Positions 12,939 to 22,423 of a stretch of DNA of 64,000 nucleotides are shown here, in pieces. The DNA comes from an uncultured Gammaproteobacteria bacterium. GTDB lineage: Bacteria; Pseudomonadota; Gammaproteobacteria; Steroidobacterales; Woeseiaceae. The position numbers and the translations under genes are program-made. The stretch's first letter is position 1; every line of letters starts with the position of its first letter. The stretch spans positions 190,325 to 254,324 of the forward strand of contig CAVQDJ010000018.1 of the NCBI GenBank assembly GCA_963711285.1. Reading direction: 5' to 3'. A model generated the notes under the pieces. It was given only the letters and a program-made list of their open reading frames with translations. It was not told where the DNA came from and did not search any database.

Positions 12939-14261
12939 TCAGGCGCTTTGACTGCCCCCGGCGAGCGGAACCGGCGGATCGACGACGACACGTGCCGCCG
13001 GAAAGTGACACCGGAATTCGCTGCCAGCGCCGACGTCGCTGCTGATGTGCAGCTCTGCATCGTGACGCATGAGAACATGCTTGACGATTGCAAGTCCGAG
13101 GCCCACGCCGCCGTCGGTCCGCGCACGGCCGCGGTCGACGCGGAAGAAACGCTCCGTCAGCCGGGGAATGTGCTCTTCGGCTATGCCTTCACCGGTATCG
13201 CTGACAACGAGATCGGCACCGTCCGGACCTGATCGCCAGGCGAGTGTTACGCGACCCTCGGCGGGCGTATGACGATGCGCGTTCGACAGCAGATTGCCAA
13301 TTACCGATTCGATCTCACCGCTTTTACCGCGCAACTGAGCCTTGGACTCACACTCGATCTCGATCGCCGCTGTGTTTTTCCTGCCCTGAAATGCCTTGCG
13401 GCTGAGGGCAAGCATCCCGCAAATGTCGATTATTTCTTCAGTCGTGGCGCGACCAGCGCCTTCGAGTCGCGACAGCTCGAGCAACTCTGAAACGATGTGC
13501 GCCATGCGGCTGGCCTGAACTCTCATCTGCGCTACCGGTTGCTCCCAGGTCGCAGGGACCTCGTCGTCTTCGTTCAGCGCGTCCAGATAACCGGATATAA
13601 CTGTCAATGGGGAGCGCAATTCGTGCGACGCATTCGCAACAAAATCGCGCCGCATTTTGCTCAGAACCATGCGGTCGGTCACGTCACGCAATAACAACAG
13701 CTTCTCGCTGGCACCATACGGCACAACACGGCAATTCAGCCACGCGCCATCTTTAACCGGTGACGCGATATCGGTGCTTTGCTTCGGGTCGTTCGCGCGC
13801 AGTAGCTTCGCAACACCGGGGTCGCGAAGGATGTTGTCCACACGCTGGCCGCGATCCTTCTTGCGCTTGAGGCCGGCGAGCGCCTTGGCCGCGCGATTGC
13901 AGACGATAATCTCGTTCTCGGAATCGATGATTACGGCGCCATCGGGCATTGCGTTAGTCGATTTGCGAATCTCCTTGAGCAGCCTGCGATGTTCGCTCTT
14001 GTAGCGGCTGCCTCGTTCATGCTCGTAGCTGAATCGCGAAAAAATCTGCTGCCAAATGCCCTCACCGACCCGGAACGCATCGAAATCACCAGTCCGCATG
14101 GCACGTTCAAACGTCAGCAATTGCCGGACCTGCCAAACCAGTGCAAGCAGAGCAGCCACGAGCAAGCCGATCTCGGCTCGACCATATAGCCAGCCAATCA
14201 GTGCCCCTCCGCCGAGCAGTAACAGCAACCCCAAAACAAATTTTCGCCCTGAATCCAGCAT
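12939..14261 (-). CDS. phoR: phosphate regulon sensor histidine kinase PhoR
   Basis: It has an N-terminal TM segment, a PAS-like region, an H-box (FVANASHELRSPLT) and HATPase N/G boxes (LLSNAHRHTP, DTGEGI, GGVGLGLAIVKH). It lies directly downstream of phoB. I chose the ATG at 14261. Confidence 0.9.
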   Translation of the reverse strand: MLDSGRKFVLGLLLLLGGGALIGWLYGRAEIGLLVAALLALVWQVRQLLTFERAMRTGDFDAFRVGEGIWQQIFSRFSYEHERGSRYKSEHRRLLKEIRKSTNAMPDGAVIIDSENEIIVCNRAAKALAGLKRKKDRGQRVDNILRDPGVAKLLRANDPKQSTDIASPVKDGAWLNCRVVPYGASEKLLLLRDVTDRMVLSKMRRDFVANASHELRSPLTVISGYLDALNEDDEVPATWEQPVAQMRVQASRMAHIVSELLELSRLEGAGRATTEEIIDICGMLALSRKAFQGRKNTAAIEIECESKAQLRGKSGEIESVIGNLLSNAHRHTPAEGRVTLAWRSGPDGADLVVSDTGEGIAEEHIPRLTERFFRVDRGRARTDGGVGLGLAIVKHVLMRHDAELHISSDVGAGSEFRCHFPAARVVVDPPVPLAGGSQSA

Positions 14262-14265
14262 AGGC

Positions 14266-14958
14266 TCAATGACCGCGGGCCGAGAATCGATATCCGGATC
14301 CGCGGACTGTTTGAATATAATTGTCAGCGGCTTCTGCGCCCAGCGCTTTGCGAAGGCGACGCACGTGAACATCGACGGTGCGCTCTTCGACATACACGTT
14401 GGCACCCCAGACGCGATCAAGCAGCTGCGTTCGGCTGTATACGCGATCCGGATGTGTCATGAGGAACTTGAGCAGCCGGTACTCTGTGGGCCCGAGGCGA
14501 ATCTCGCGGCTATTCGCGGAGACGCGGTGCCCTGCCGTGTCGATTTCCAGGACACCGGCTGACACGGTCTCGCCGTCGCTTGCTGCCGCGCGCCGCAACA
14601 CAGCCTGAATACGCGCTACCAGTTCGCGTGGAGAAAAAGGCTTGGTGATGTAATCGTCCGCGCCGCTTTCAAGGCCGGAAACTTTGTCGTGCTCGTCAGC
14701 TTTGGCCGTCAGCATGATGATCGCGAGATCGTCGTTTTGCGAATCACGCTTGAGCATGCGGGTCAGCTCGAGGCCGCTCATGTCGGGCAGCATCCAGTCG
14801 ATCAGCGCGAGATCCGGCCGTTCGTCGGCGAGCAGTTCTCGCGCGACCTGACAGTTCGGGGCCTCCAGCGTTTCGTAACCGGCACGTGCAAGGTGGAATA
14901 CGATCATCTCCCGGATCGGAGTCTCGTCCTCGACAATGAGTATTTTGCTGGCGGTCAT
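14266..14958 (-). CDS. phoB: phosphate regulon response regulator PhoB
   Basis: It combines a REC domain (KILIVEDETPIREM...DLALIDWMLPDMSG) with an OmpR/PhoB winged helix (VYSRTQLLDRVWG...TVDVHVRRLRKAL). Confidence 0.95.
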   Translation of the reverse strand: MTASKILIVEDETPIREMIVFHLARAGYETLEAPNCQVARELLADERPDLALIDWMLPDMSGLELTRMLKRDSQNDDLAIIMLTAKADEHDKVSGLESGADDYITKPFSPRELVARIQAVLRRAAASDGETVSAGVLEIDTAGHRVSANSREIRLGPTEYRLLKFLMTHPDRVYSRTQLLDRVWGANVYVEERTVDVHVRRLRKALGAEAADNYIQTVRGSGYRFSARGH

Positions 14959-14986
14959 GGTAGCAGCGCGATTAGATCAGCCCAAT

Positions 14987-15004
14987 ATTACATTTCTGTT
15001 ACGG
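14987..15004 (-). promoter_or_regulatory. putative Pho box upstream of phoB
   Basis: The minus strand reads CCGTAAC-AGAA-ATGTAAT, followed 10 nt later by TCTAAT. It overlaps the tsaB stop codon. The distance to the phoB ATG is short (29 nt), so the leader would be very short. Confidence 0.4.
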
Positions 15005-15691
15005 CGAGCCGGCAGGTTTTGCCGCGACTTTTTGCCTGAGGTAGGCGGGCGATACGTCCCGGGGATCGATTGCCCGGCTGCTCGCTAATCCGGCGGCGCC
15101 CAAACGAAGCAGATGGCGTGCCCGCGGATGCAGCACATCCACGACGGCGTCGAATCGATCCTGATTTGCCGCAAGCAGCTCCGGATAACGCCGCCAGCCG
15201 AATCCCGCCGCAATGCAAGGCCCGGCCGGTTTCTCATCGCCAGGACCGATTGCAGCGATATCGTGTAAGCGCTCGGGGAAAACTGGCGTCGCCATGTCAT
15301 TTTGCTGCCGATACACGCCAAGGTATACCTCATGCATATGCGCGTCCTGGCTCACGACAACCTCGGCAGCGTCATGCTGGGCGAATACCTGCTCGGCGAC
15401 CGCGGCCAGGGACGACACGGGCACGATGCGCAAGCCGGACGCGAATGCGAGACCTTGAGCGACTGACGCCGCGATGCGCATACCGATGAACGAACCAGGT
15501 CCGTTGCCAAGCACAATCGCATCGAGATCAGCAGTCGATGCACCGGCAGTTTGCAGTACAGAATCGATCATGGGCATAAGTATCGCCGTGTGCTTGCGGG
15601 GCTGTTCTTCATGCAGTTCGGTCACGGCTCCATCGATCTGCAGAGCTACTGAGCAGGCAATCGAGGACGTATCCAGGGCGAGAAGATTCAC
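14999..15691 (-). CDS. tsaB: tRNA N6-threonylcarbamoyladenosine biosynthesis protein TsaB
   Basis: MNLLALDTSSIACSVAL... and ...AIVLGNGPGSFIGMRIA are typical of the YeaZ/TsaB family. Length is 230 aa. Confidence 0.85.
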   Translation of the reverse strand: MNLLALDTSSIACSVALQIDGAVTELHEEQPRKHTAILMPMIDSVLQTAGASTADLDAIVLGNGPGSFIGMRIAASVAQGLAFASGLRIVPVSSLAAVAEQVFAQHDAAEVVVSQDAHMHEVYLGVYRQQNDMATPVFPERLHDIAAIGPGDEKPAGPCIAAGFGWRRYPELLAANQDRFDAVVDVLHPRARHLLRLGAAGLASSRAIDPRDVSPAYLRQKVAAKPAGSP

Positions 15692-17604
15692 GCAACGGCC
15701 CCCGCGCGTTCATGGGAGTTAAAGAACTTCGCAACATCATCGATGGATGATGTCGATGGCATGGGTTCGAAGCTCTTAAGGAACATCCGGCCGTAACTCT
15801 TCGACGTAATACGCGGATCGCATAGCACGATGACGCCGTAGTCGTTTTGATCTCTGAGCAGCCGCCCGGCCCCCTGCTTCATTGCCAGCACCGCCTGCGG
15901 CAGCTGATGCTGGGTAAAGCCGTTACCGCCTTCGCGACGAATGAACTCCAGGCGCGCCATCATCAATGGATCGGCCGGTGATGCGAACGGCAACTTATCG
16001 ATCGCGACGACGGTCAGTGCCTTCCCGCGCACGTCGACGCCTTCCCAGAAGCTGCCCGTACCGAGCAAGACGGCGTTCCCGGCCTCGCGAAAACGCCGCA
16101 ACAAATCATCACGCGGAGCGCTGCCTTGCGTGAGCAACTTGCGCCCGGCGAGGAATTTCTTGTTCGAGCGAAACCATTTCTTTGCTGAATTCAGCGCCCG
16201 GTGGCTCGTGAACAGGCAGAACATGCCGCCCGACGTCATGTCGAGCAGTGGCACGACGGCTTCGAGTACGGCATCGGTGTGCCCGAATTCCGATGGCTGC
16301 GGCAGGTTTGGCGGCAAATAGACGAGCCCGTTCCGCTCCACGGTGTAGGGACTGGGAAACGTCAGTCCGCTGACGTCTTTGAGACCCATTCGCGACGCGA
16401 AGTGGGAAAAGTCCTCGGCGACGGCCAGAGTTGCGCTCGTGAAGATCCAGGCCTGATGTCCGTTGTCGATAAGACCGTTGAGCGTTGCCGAGACGTCGAG
16501 CGGCGTCAGATTGATCCGCAGGCTTCGTGGGTTGATCTCGAGCCATCGCAGCCCGTCCCAGGCGTCATCGCTCGCCAGCAGCGATAAACGTTCGGCCGCG
16601 CTGCTGAGTTGTTCGTGCAGCTTGTCGAGTTCAAGCGATGCATCCGCCATTTCCGCGATTGCCGTGTTCAGCGCTCCAAGCGCAAGCTGAAGTCCATCCA
16701 GCGGCGCGCGAATGTCAGCGATCACTTCTTCAAGCTGATGCCTGCCCTCCTGCTGCGGCGCCTCGGCACGCAATACCCGGATCGCCGTCTGCAGCGCATC
16801 GATGCGCCGCTGCAACTCGGGCTGCCGCAATGGCGCCGTTTCCACTCGAATTTCGTCGACCATTCGCTCGAGTTCCCGTGATCCCAGCGCGACGCCAAAG
16901 AACTGCACGGCGAGGTCGGGAATCTGGTGTGCTTCATCCAGAATGATGGCTTCGGCCCCTGGCAAGAACTCGACGAAGCCTTCTTCCTTCATCGCAAGGT
17001 CCGCCAGCAACAGGTGGTGATTGACGACGACGAGATCCGCTTCCTGCGCCGCGCGCCGCGCTTTTACGACGTGACACGATGAATACTCGGGACACTTCTG
17101 TCCAAGGCAGTTGTCCACCGTCGATGTCACGAACGGCCAGACCTTCGAGTCTTCGCTGACCTCGGTGAGCTCGGCGCGATCCCCGCTTTCGGTCCGGTGC
17201 CGCCATTCGCGCACCGCGATCAGATCATCGATGACGGACTCGGTGGCTTCTGCATGGTCGAGCCGCTCCAGGCAAAGGTAGTTGGCGCGTCCTTTCAGAA
17301 GCGCCGTCGTAACCGGGCGGCCGACGGCTTTGCCGATCAGCGGCAGGTCGCGATGATAAAGCTGGTCCTGCAGCGCCTTGGTGCCGGTCGAGATAATCGT
17401 CTTGCGCCCGCTAAGCATGGCCGGCAACAAATACGCAAAGGTCTTTCCCGTACCGGTTCCTGCTTCGACGACGAGCTTGTCGAGGTTGGCAATGGTCTCG
17501 GCAACGGCCTCGGCCATCCATGCCTGACCGGCCCGGGGCTGGAATCCGGGCAGGAAATTTTTCAGCGGGCTATTGTCGCCAAAGAATTCGGAGAGATCTG
17601 TCAC
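15688..17604 (-). CDS. dinG: ATP-dependent DNA helicase, DinG/YoaA family (Fe-S helicase)
   Basis: Walker A (EAGTGTGKTFAYLLP), a DEAH box (ILDEAHQ) and a Cys cluster (CLGQKCPEYSSCH) are present, along with C-terminal helicase motifs (GSFWEGVD). The start is uncertain. I chose the GTG at 17604 because the longer ORF overlaps the upstream gene. Confidence 0.85.
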   Translation of the reverse strand: MTDLSEFFGDNSPLKNFLPGFQPRAGQAWMAEAVAETIANLDKLVVEAGTGTGKTFAYLLPAMLSGRKTIISTGTKALQDQLYHRDLPLIGKAVGRPVTTALLKGRANYLCLERLDHAEATESVIDDLIAVREWRHRTESGDRAELTEVSEDSKVWPFVTSTVDNCLGQKCPEYSSCHVVKARRAAQEADLVVVNHHLLLADLAMKEEGFVEFLPGAEAIILDEAHQIPDLAVQFFGVALGSRELERMVDEIRVETAPLRQPELQRRIDALQTAIRVLRAEAPQQEGRHQLEEVIADIRAPLDGLQLALGALNTAIAEMADASLELDKLHEQLSSAAERLSLLASDDAWDGLRWLEINPRSLRINLTPLDVSATLNGLIDNGHQAWIFTSATLAVAEDFSHFASRMGLKDVSGLTFPSPYTVERNGLVYLPPNLPQPSEFGHTDAVLEAVVPLLDMTSGGMFCLFTSHRALNSAKKWFRSNKKFLAGRKLLTQGSAPRDDLLRRFREAGNAVLLGTGSFWEGVDVRGKALTVVAIDKLPFASPADPLMMARLEFIRREGGNGFTQHQLPQAVLAMKQGAGRLLRDQNDYGVIVLCDPRITSKSYGRMFLKSFEPMPSTSSIDDVAKFFNSHERAGAVA

Positions 17605-17668
17605 CGTGCCAAGGTTACACGGTTCGTTTCCGATTAAAAGGACCGCTAGATAGGCTCGGTGTCGGTGC

Positions 17669-18724
17669 CTAATCCTTTGAGAACGAAACGCGGTCCCGTC
17701 CGACATCCTTGCTGATATAGAGCGCTTTATCCGCTCTTTCAATCAGCTGTTCCGCGGAAACGTCATCACCCTTGTCGCGCATTGCAATGCCGATGCTTAT
17801 CGTCGTCGGCACATCCTGCTGCCGGGTCCGGATAGGCAGTTCGCGAATATTCGCGCAGATGCGATTGGCGATCGCGAAACATGCCCGTGCATCCACATCG
17901 CGAATGATGATCATGAACTCCTCGCCACCATAGCGGCAGACGACGTCTTGCGGCCGAACCGTGGCAACCATGGCACTCGCCACTTTGCGCAAGACCTGAT
18001 CGCCAACCGAGTGGCCGAACTGGTCATTGACCTTCTTGAAAAAATCGATATCGGCAAGACACAGGCCCAGCGTATGGTCGAATTTGGCAGATTCCTGCAT
18101 TGCTGCTTTGAGCAGGTCCATGCCGCCGCGCCGGTTCCACAGACGGGTCAGGGAATCGAACATGGCCTGCCGGCGGGATTCGCCGAGCTTTGTAATGAGC
18201 GCCGACTGTGCATTATTCAGTTCCGACGCGAAAAGCTCGCTTTGCGCCATGTGGCCGAGATCTGCGAGCACGGCGCTGAACTGGTCATCCGTATCTCGTG
18301 GCTTGACGTCCATGACACAGAAGGTACCGATCGTGTCTCCGCCCGAGTCCTTGATCGCACACCCGGCGTAAAATCGAAACTTCGGGCCGTTACAGACGAG
18401 CGAATTGCTCATCAGGTAGAGGTCATCCAACGTGTCGTTAACGATGATCTGCTCGCCCTTCTTTATGACCTCGCCGCAAAGGCTCTTGGACACTTCGAGC
18501 TCGGTGACCTGCCAGCCCCTGACCGATTTGAACCACTGGCGCCCATCCTTGACGATCGTAATCGCTGCTACCGGTACGTTGAGAGCCCGGCGCGCAAGGC
18601 GAGTGATACGTTCGAAGCGCTCCTCGAGCGGCGTGTAAAAAGGGTTGAGTGAGTGCAGTGATGCCAGCTTGAGCGTAGCTGTGCTCGCTATGTCACTGCT
18701 CAGCGGAATCGGGTCGTCACTCAT
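17669..18724 (-). CDS. GAF domain-containing diguanylate cyclase
   Basis: An N-terminal GAF domain (ERFERITRLARRALNVPVAAITIV...FRFYAGCAI) is followed by a GGDEF domain with an intact active site (RYGGEEF) and DSLTRLWNRRG. Confidence 0.85.
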   Translation of the reverse strand: MSDDPIPLSSDIASTATLKLASLHSLNPFYTPLEERFERITRLARRALNVPVAAITIVKDGRQWFKSVRGWQVTELEVSKSLCGEVIKKGEQIIVNDTLDDLYLMSNSLVCNGPKFRFYAGCAIKDSGGDTIGTFCVMDVKPRDTDDQFSAVLADLGHMAQSELFASELNNAQSALITKLGESRRQAMFDSLTRLWNRRGGMDLLKAAMQESAKFDHTLGLCLADIDFFKKVNDQFGHSVGDQVLRKVASAMVATVRPQDVVCRYGGEEFMIIIRDVDARACFAIANRICANIRELPIRTRQQDVPTTISIGIAMRDKGDDVSAEQLIERADKALYISKDVGRDRVSFSKD

Positions 18725-18863
18725 TGTTACGCCCTGGCCCCTTGTAGAGTGAGACCGTGAATGAATCGTTGCGTTGCGAATATTGACCGCTGCATTTCGT
18801 TAAGCCGGTATTCGGAAACAAGTTAGTGTAAGAAGGTGACAGTCGTGAAATGCGGACCCCCCG

Positions 18864-19619
18864 TCACCATTCACCGACCATTGCACGCAGTCGCAGCATC
18901 GCCTGCCCGTGAATCTGACAGACTCGTGACTCTGTGACATCGAGAACTTCGCCGATCTCCTTGAGATTCAGCTCACGCTCGTAATATAACGATAAGACGA
19001 GGTTCTCCCGTTCGGGAAGACTATCGATCGCTTCGGCGAGCTTCTCCTGAAACTGTGACCGGTTGACTTGCTGATCCGGTGTCGACGTACTCGAAGCCGG
19101 CAGACCCCGGTGCCAAAACGGTTCTTCGAGGGTTTCCTCGAGACTGAACAAGCGGCTGCAGGTGCTATCGGCCAGGATCTTGTGGTACTCGCCGAGCGAT
19201 ATGCCGAGCCGCGAGGCTATTTCGTCGGAATTTGCGGGACGCCCGACCTCGGATTCGATCGAACTGATCGCCTCGGCAACCTTGCGGTACTTGTGGTGCA
19301 CGGACCGCGGTGTCCAATCGTGTTTACGGATGTCGTCCAGCATCGACCCGCGGATGCGGATACCGGCATAGGTCGCGAAGCAGGCACCGCGCGAGGGATC
19401 GAAATTATTCGCCGCCTCGAGAAGACCGACCATACCTGACTGCATCAGATCATCGATATCCACGGTCGGCGGCAGACGCGCCGCGAGATGCTTCGCGATA
19501 CGCTTGACGAGGTCGACGTGCAATACGATCAATTGCTCGTCGGAACAGCCAGCGTCTGTCGCGCCGCCGCTACTGGAGCTGACCCTGCTACTGGAGCTGA
19601 CGCTGCCGTAGGTATTCAT
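18864..19619 (-). CDS. fliA: RNA polymerase sigma factor FliA (sigma-28)
   Basis: It aligns strongly with the FliA pattern (LVKRIAKHLAARLP...DLMQSGMVGLLEAANNFD...FATYAGIRIRGSMLDDIRKHDWTPRSVH...LYYERELNLKEIGEVLDVTESRVCQIHGQA). I chose the ATG at 19619. Confidence 0.9.
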   Translation of the reverse strand: MNTYGSVSSSSRVSSSSGGATDAGCSDEQLIVLHVDLVKRIAKHLAARLPPTVDIDDLMQSGMVGLLEAANNFDPSRGACFATYAGIRIRGSMLDDIRKHDWTPRSVHHKYRKVAEAISSIESEVGRPANSDEIASRLGISLGEYHKILADSTCSRLFSLEETLEEPFWHRGLPASSTSTPDQQVNRSQFQEKLAEAIDSLPERENLVLSLYYERELNLKEIGEVLDVTESRVCQIHGQAMLRLRAMVGEW

Positions 19620-20105
19620 GCGAGTTTCCCATTCGCGGCCTGGCCGGCAAGTAGCTTCATAACTGCCTTGACGAGCCTGAGGCTCAAGAGCCGTTGTAGA
19701 TCCGCGCGTTTTGAGTTCCTGCTCATTAACCACACTCGATGTCCTTGCTTACGAGGACAAGCATAGTCGGGCGGCACAGCAGTGGTCGTGATTCAGGTCA
19801 CAAATATCCACATACTTAACTTAATGGCGGGGTGAACGGAGCGGCGCGCGGTGGCGAGGGTTGGGACTCGCGGCAATGCCCGAAGGCAGTCAGATCATGG
19901 GTTGCGCGCAGACGGGCCGCATCGCGGCCCTGGCCAGCGAATTAAACATAATGTTGACCCGCAACGCATTGGCGCATAGGGTCAAACATCGCCGCACTCC
20001 CGGCGAGAAACGGAGTTCTCGCCGAAACGACGACGGTATCGTACGATGATTCGAGGCAAACGAGCTTTTTGTCAGTAAAACGGGCCATTTGCCGGACGCA
20101 GAGCC

Positions 20106-20132
20106 TTAATTATCGCCGCCGGCGGCCGATAC
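20106..20132 (+). promoter_or_regulatory. candidate sigma-28 (FliA-dependent) promoter for flgM
   Basis: The sequence is TTAA-N15-GCCGATAC, against the consensus TAAA-N15-GCCGATAA. It lies about 37 nt upstream of the flgM ATG. Confidence 0.4.
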
Positions 20133-20168
20133 ATAACCTGATAACGATATTTTTTGAGGTTCCACAGC

Positions 20169-20474
20169 ATGGCGAGCAGGAATGGTCCGTCAAATCAGGG
20201 CCTAAACGGCAAGGCAGGCAAGAAAGTCGACGAGGCGAGCGACATCGGCGCTATAGTGCGCGAGTCCGGCCCCGCCTCGACTAACGAGAGTATTGAGCCT
20301 GCCTTCAGCGCCGAACTGCTCGAACGCCTGGAAAAGTCGCTGTCATCTCTGCCAACCGTCGACAGCATTCGCGTCGCGGAAGTCAAAGCCGCCATCGCGA
20401 AAGGCGAATACGAGACCGACCCTGACGCTATTGCGGAAGCGATGATCCGTTTTGAACGCTCATTGGGCGAGTAG
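20169..20474 (+). CDS. flgM: anti-sigma-28 factor FlgM
   Basis: A small protein of about 101 aa with a disordered N-terminus. Its C-terminus is FlgM-like (VDSIRVAEVKAAIAKGEYETDPDAIAEAMIRFE). It is divergent from fliA. Confidence 0.8.
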   Translation: MASRNGPSNQGLNGKAGKKVDEASDIGAIVRESGPASTNESIEPAFSAELLERLEKSLSSLPTVDSIRVAEVKAAIAKGEYETDPDAIAEAMIRFERSLGE

Positions 20475-20630
20475 TCGTTTCTCGCGCCAAAGCGCGCGCA
20501 TCATTATGCCGATCAGGCACAAAATCCTACTGCTTAAGCCGCTGCAATCAGTATAATTACGTTCCGCCAGCAAGGTGTTCTGGTATTGCTGGGCACCATC
20601 ACTACATTTGCTATTGCCGAGAACAAATTG

Positions 20631-22370
20631 ATGACAACCAACCTTTCGACACTCCAGCAATGGGTGGATGAAGTCGCCAACTGTACGAAACCAGACGCTA
20701 TACACTGGTGTACCGGCAGCGAAAAGGAGTACCAGCAGCTAATCTCGAAGATGACAGCCGATGGCGTGCTGTCACCCCTGAACCAGGAAAAATACCCGAA
20801 TTGCTACCTACACTTGTCCGATCCAACCGATGTCGCCCGCGTCGAACACTTGACCTACATCTGCACTCCTGACGAAGAAGACGCCGGACCCAACAACAAC
20901 TGGATGAGTCCGGCCGACGGCCACGCCAAGGTCGACCCGCTGTTCGACGGCGCCATGCAGGGGCGAACGATGTACGTCATCCCTTACTGCATGGGGCCCA
21001 TCGACTCGCCCTACTCTCGCTGCGGCGTCGAGGTAACCGACAGCCCGTATGTGGTTGCGAATATGAAGCTAATGACACGCATGGGCTCTGCGGCGCTCAA
21101 ACGTATCGAACGCGAAGGGACATTTGTCAAAGGCCAGCACTCGACCGGTGACCTGGATCCGGAGCGCCGCTTTATCATGCACTTTCCGGAGGAACTGTCC
21201 ATCAAGAGCATCGGCTCCGGTTACGGCGGCAATGCGTTACTCGGCAAGAAGTGCCACGCGCTGCGCATCGCCAGTTACCAGGCCCGCACAGAAGGCTGGC
21301 TTGCCGAGCACATGTTGATCATGGGTCTGGAAAGCCCGGAAGGCGAGTCACATTACATCGCCTGCGCTTTCCCTTCCGCCTGTGGCAAGACCAATCTGGC
21401 GATGTTGATTCCGCCACATTCACTACCCGGGTGGAAGATCTGGACACTGGGTGACGACATCGCATGGCTGCACATCGACCCGGAGGGTCAACTGCGCGCG
21501 ATTAATCCCGAATCGGGCTACTTCGGCGTCGTCCCCGGCACGAACGCCAAGACCAATCAGAATGCGTTCGACATGATTCACAACGACGCGATATTCACCA
21601 ACGTAGGCCGTACGGCCGACAACGAACCGTGGTGGGAGGACAAGAAGGTCGGCGAGCCCGCTTTCGACTGGCAAGGGCGAAAATACGATCCTGAGAACGG
21701 ACCGGCGGCCCATCCGAACTCGCGTTTCACGGTCGCGGCAACAAACAACCCGAGTTATTCAGCCTTGGCTGACGCTGCCGAGGGAGTTCCGATCTCCGCG
21801 ATTGTGTTTGGCGGCCGGCGTGCCAAGGTTGCGCCGCTCGTCTTCGAGGCAAAAGACTGGCAGCACGGGGTGCTGGTCGGCGCGAGCGTCGGTTCGAAAA
21901 TGACCGCCGCAGCATTTGGTGACGTTGGCAAGATCCGCCGCGATCCCATGGCGATGAAGCCGTTTTGTGGCTACAACTTTGCCGACTATTGGACGCACTG
22001 GCTGTCCTTCCCCGAGCGCACCAAGAAGTTGCCCAAGATTTTTCACGTCAACTGGTTTCGCCAGGACGACGATGGCAATTTCCTTTGGCCGGGCTTCGGC
22101 GAGAACCTGCGGGTATTGCGCTGGATTATCGACCGCTGCGAGAATCGCGTTGGTGCCAGGGAAACTCCGGTCGGTTACCTGCCCAACGAGGGCGATATCG
22201 ATACGAGCGAACTCGATATCAGTGCCGATACAATGCGCGAGCTGTTATCGATCGACGTCGAGCACTGGAGAACCGAGAATGAGCATTTCGCGGATTACCT
22301 CGATGAGTACGGCGACCGAGTACCCGACCAACTTCGCGCCGAACAGCGACGACTGGCCGCAGAACTGTAG
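20631..22370 (+). CDS. pckG: phosphoenolpyruvate carboxykinase (GTP)
   Basis: About 580 aa with GTP-PEPCK signatures (FPSACGKTNLAML, WLAEHMLI, NWFRQDDDGNFLWPGFGENLRVLRWI). I chose the ATG at 20631. Confidence 0.93.
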   Translation: MTTNLSTLQQWVDEVANCTKPDAIHWCTGSEKEYQQLISKMTADGVLSPLNQEKYPNCYLHLSDPTDVARVEHLTYICTPDEEDAGPNNNWMSPADGHAKVDPLFDGAMQGRTMYVIPYCMGPIDSPYSRCGVEVTDSPYVVANMKLMTRMGSAALKRIEREGTFVKGQHSTGDLDPERRFIMHFPEELSIKSIGSGYGGNALLGKKCHALRIASYQARTEGWLAEHMLIMGLESPEGESHYIACAFPSACGKTNLAMLIPPHSLPGWKIWTLGDDIAWLHIDPEGQLRAINPESGYFGVVPGTNAKTNQNAFDMIHNDAIFTNVGRTADNEPWWEDKKVGEPAFDWQGRKYDPENGPAAHPNSRFTVAATNNPSYSALADAAEGVPISAIVFGGRRAKVAPLVFEAKDWQHGVLVGASVGSKMTAAAFGDVGKIRRDPMAMKPFCGYNFADYWTHWLSFPERTKKLPKIFHVNWFRQDDDGNFLWPGFGENLRVLRWIIDRCENRVGARETPVGYLPNEGDIDTSELDISADTMRELLSIDVEHWRTENEHFADYLDEYGDRVPDQLRAEQRRLAAEL

Positions 22371-22423
22371 CAGAACTTTGAGAGGCCGCAGCGCCCTGAC
22401 GATGCGGGTGATCGCCTCGCCGG

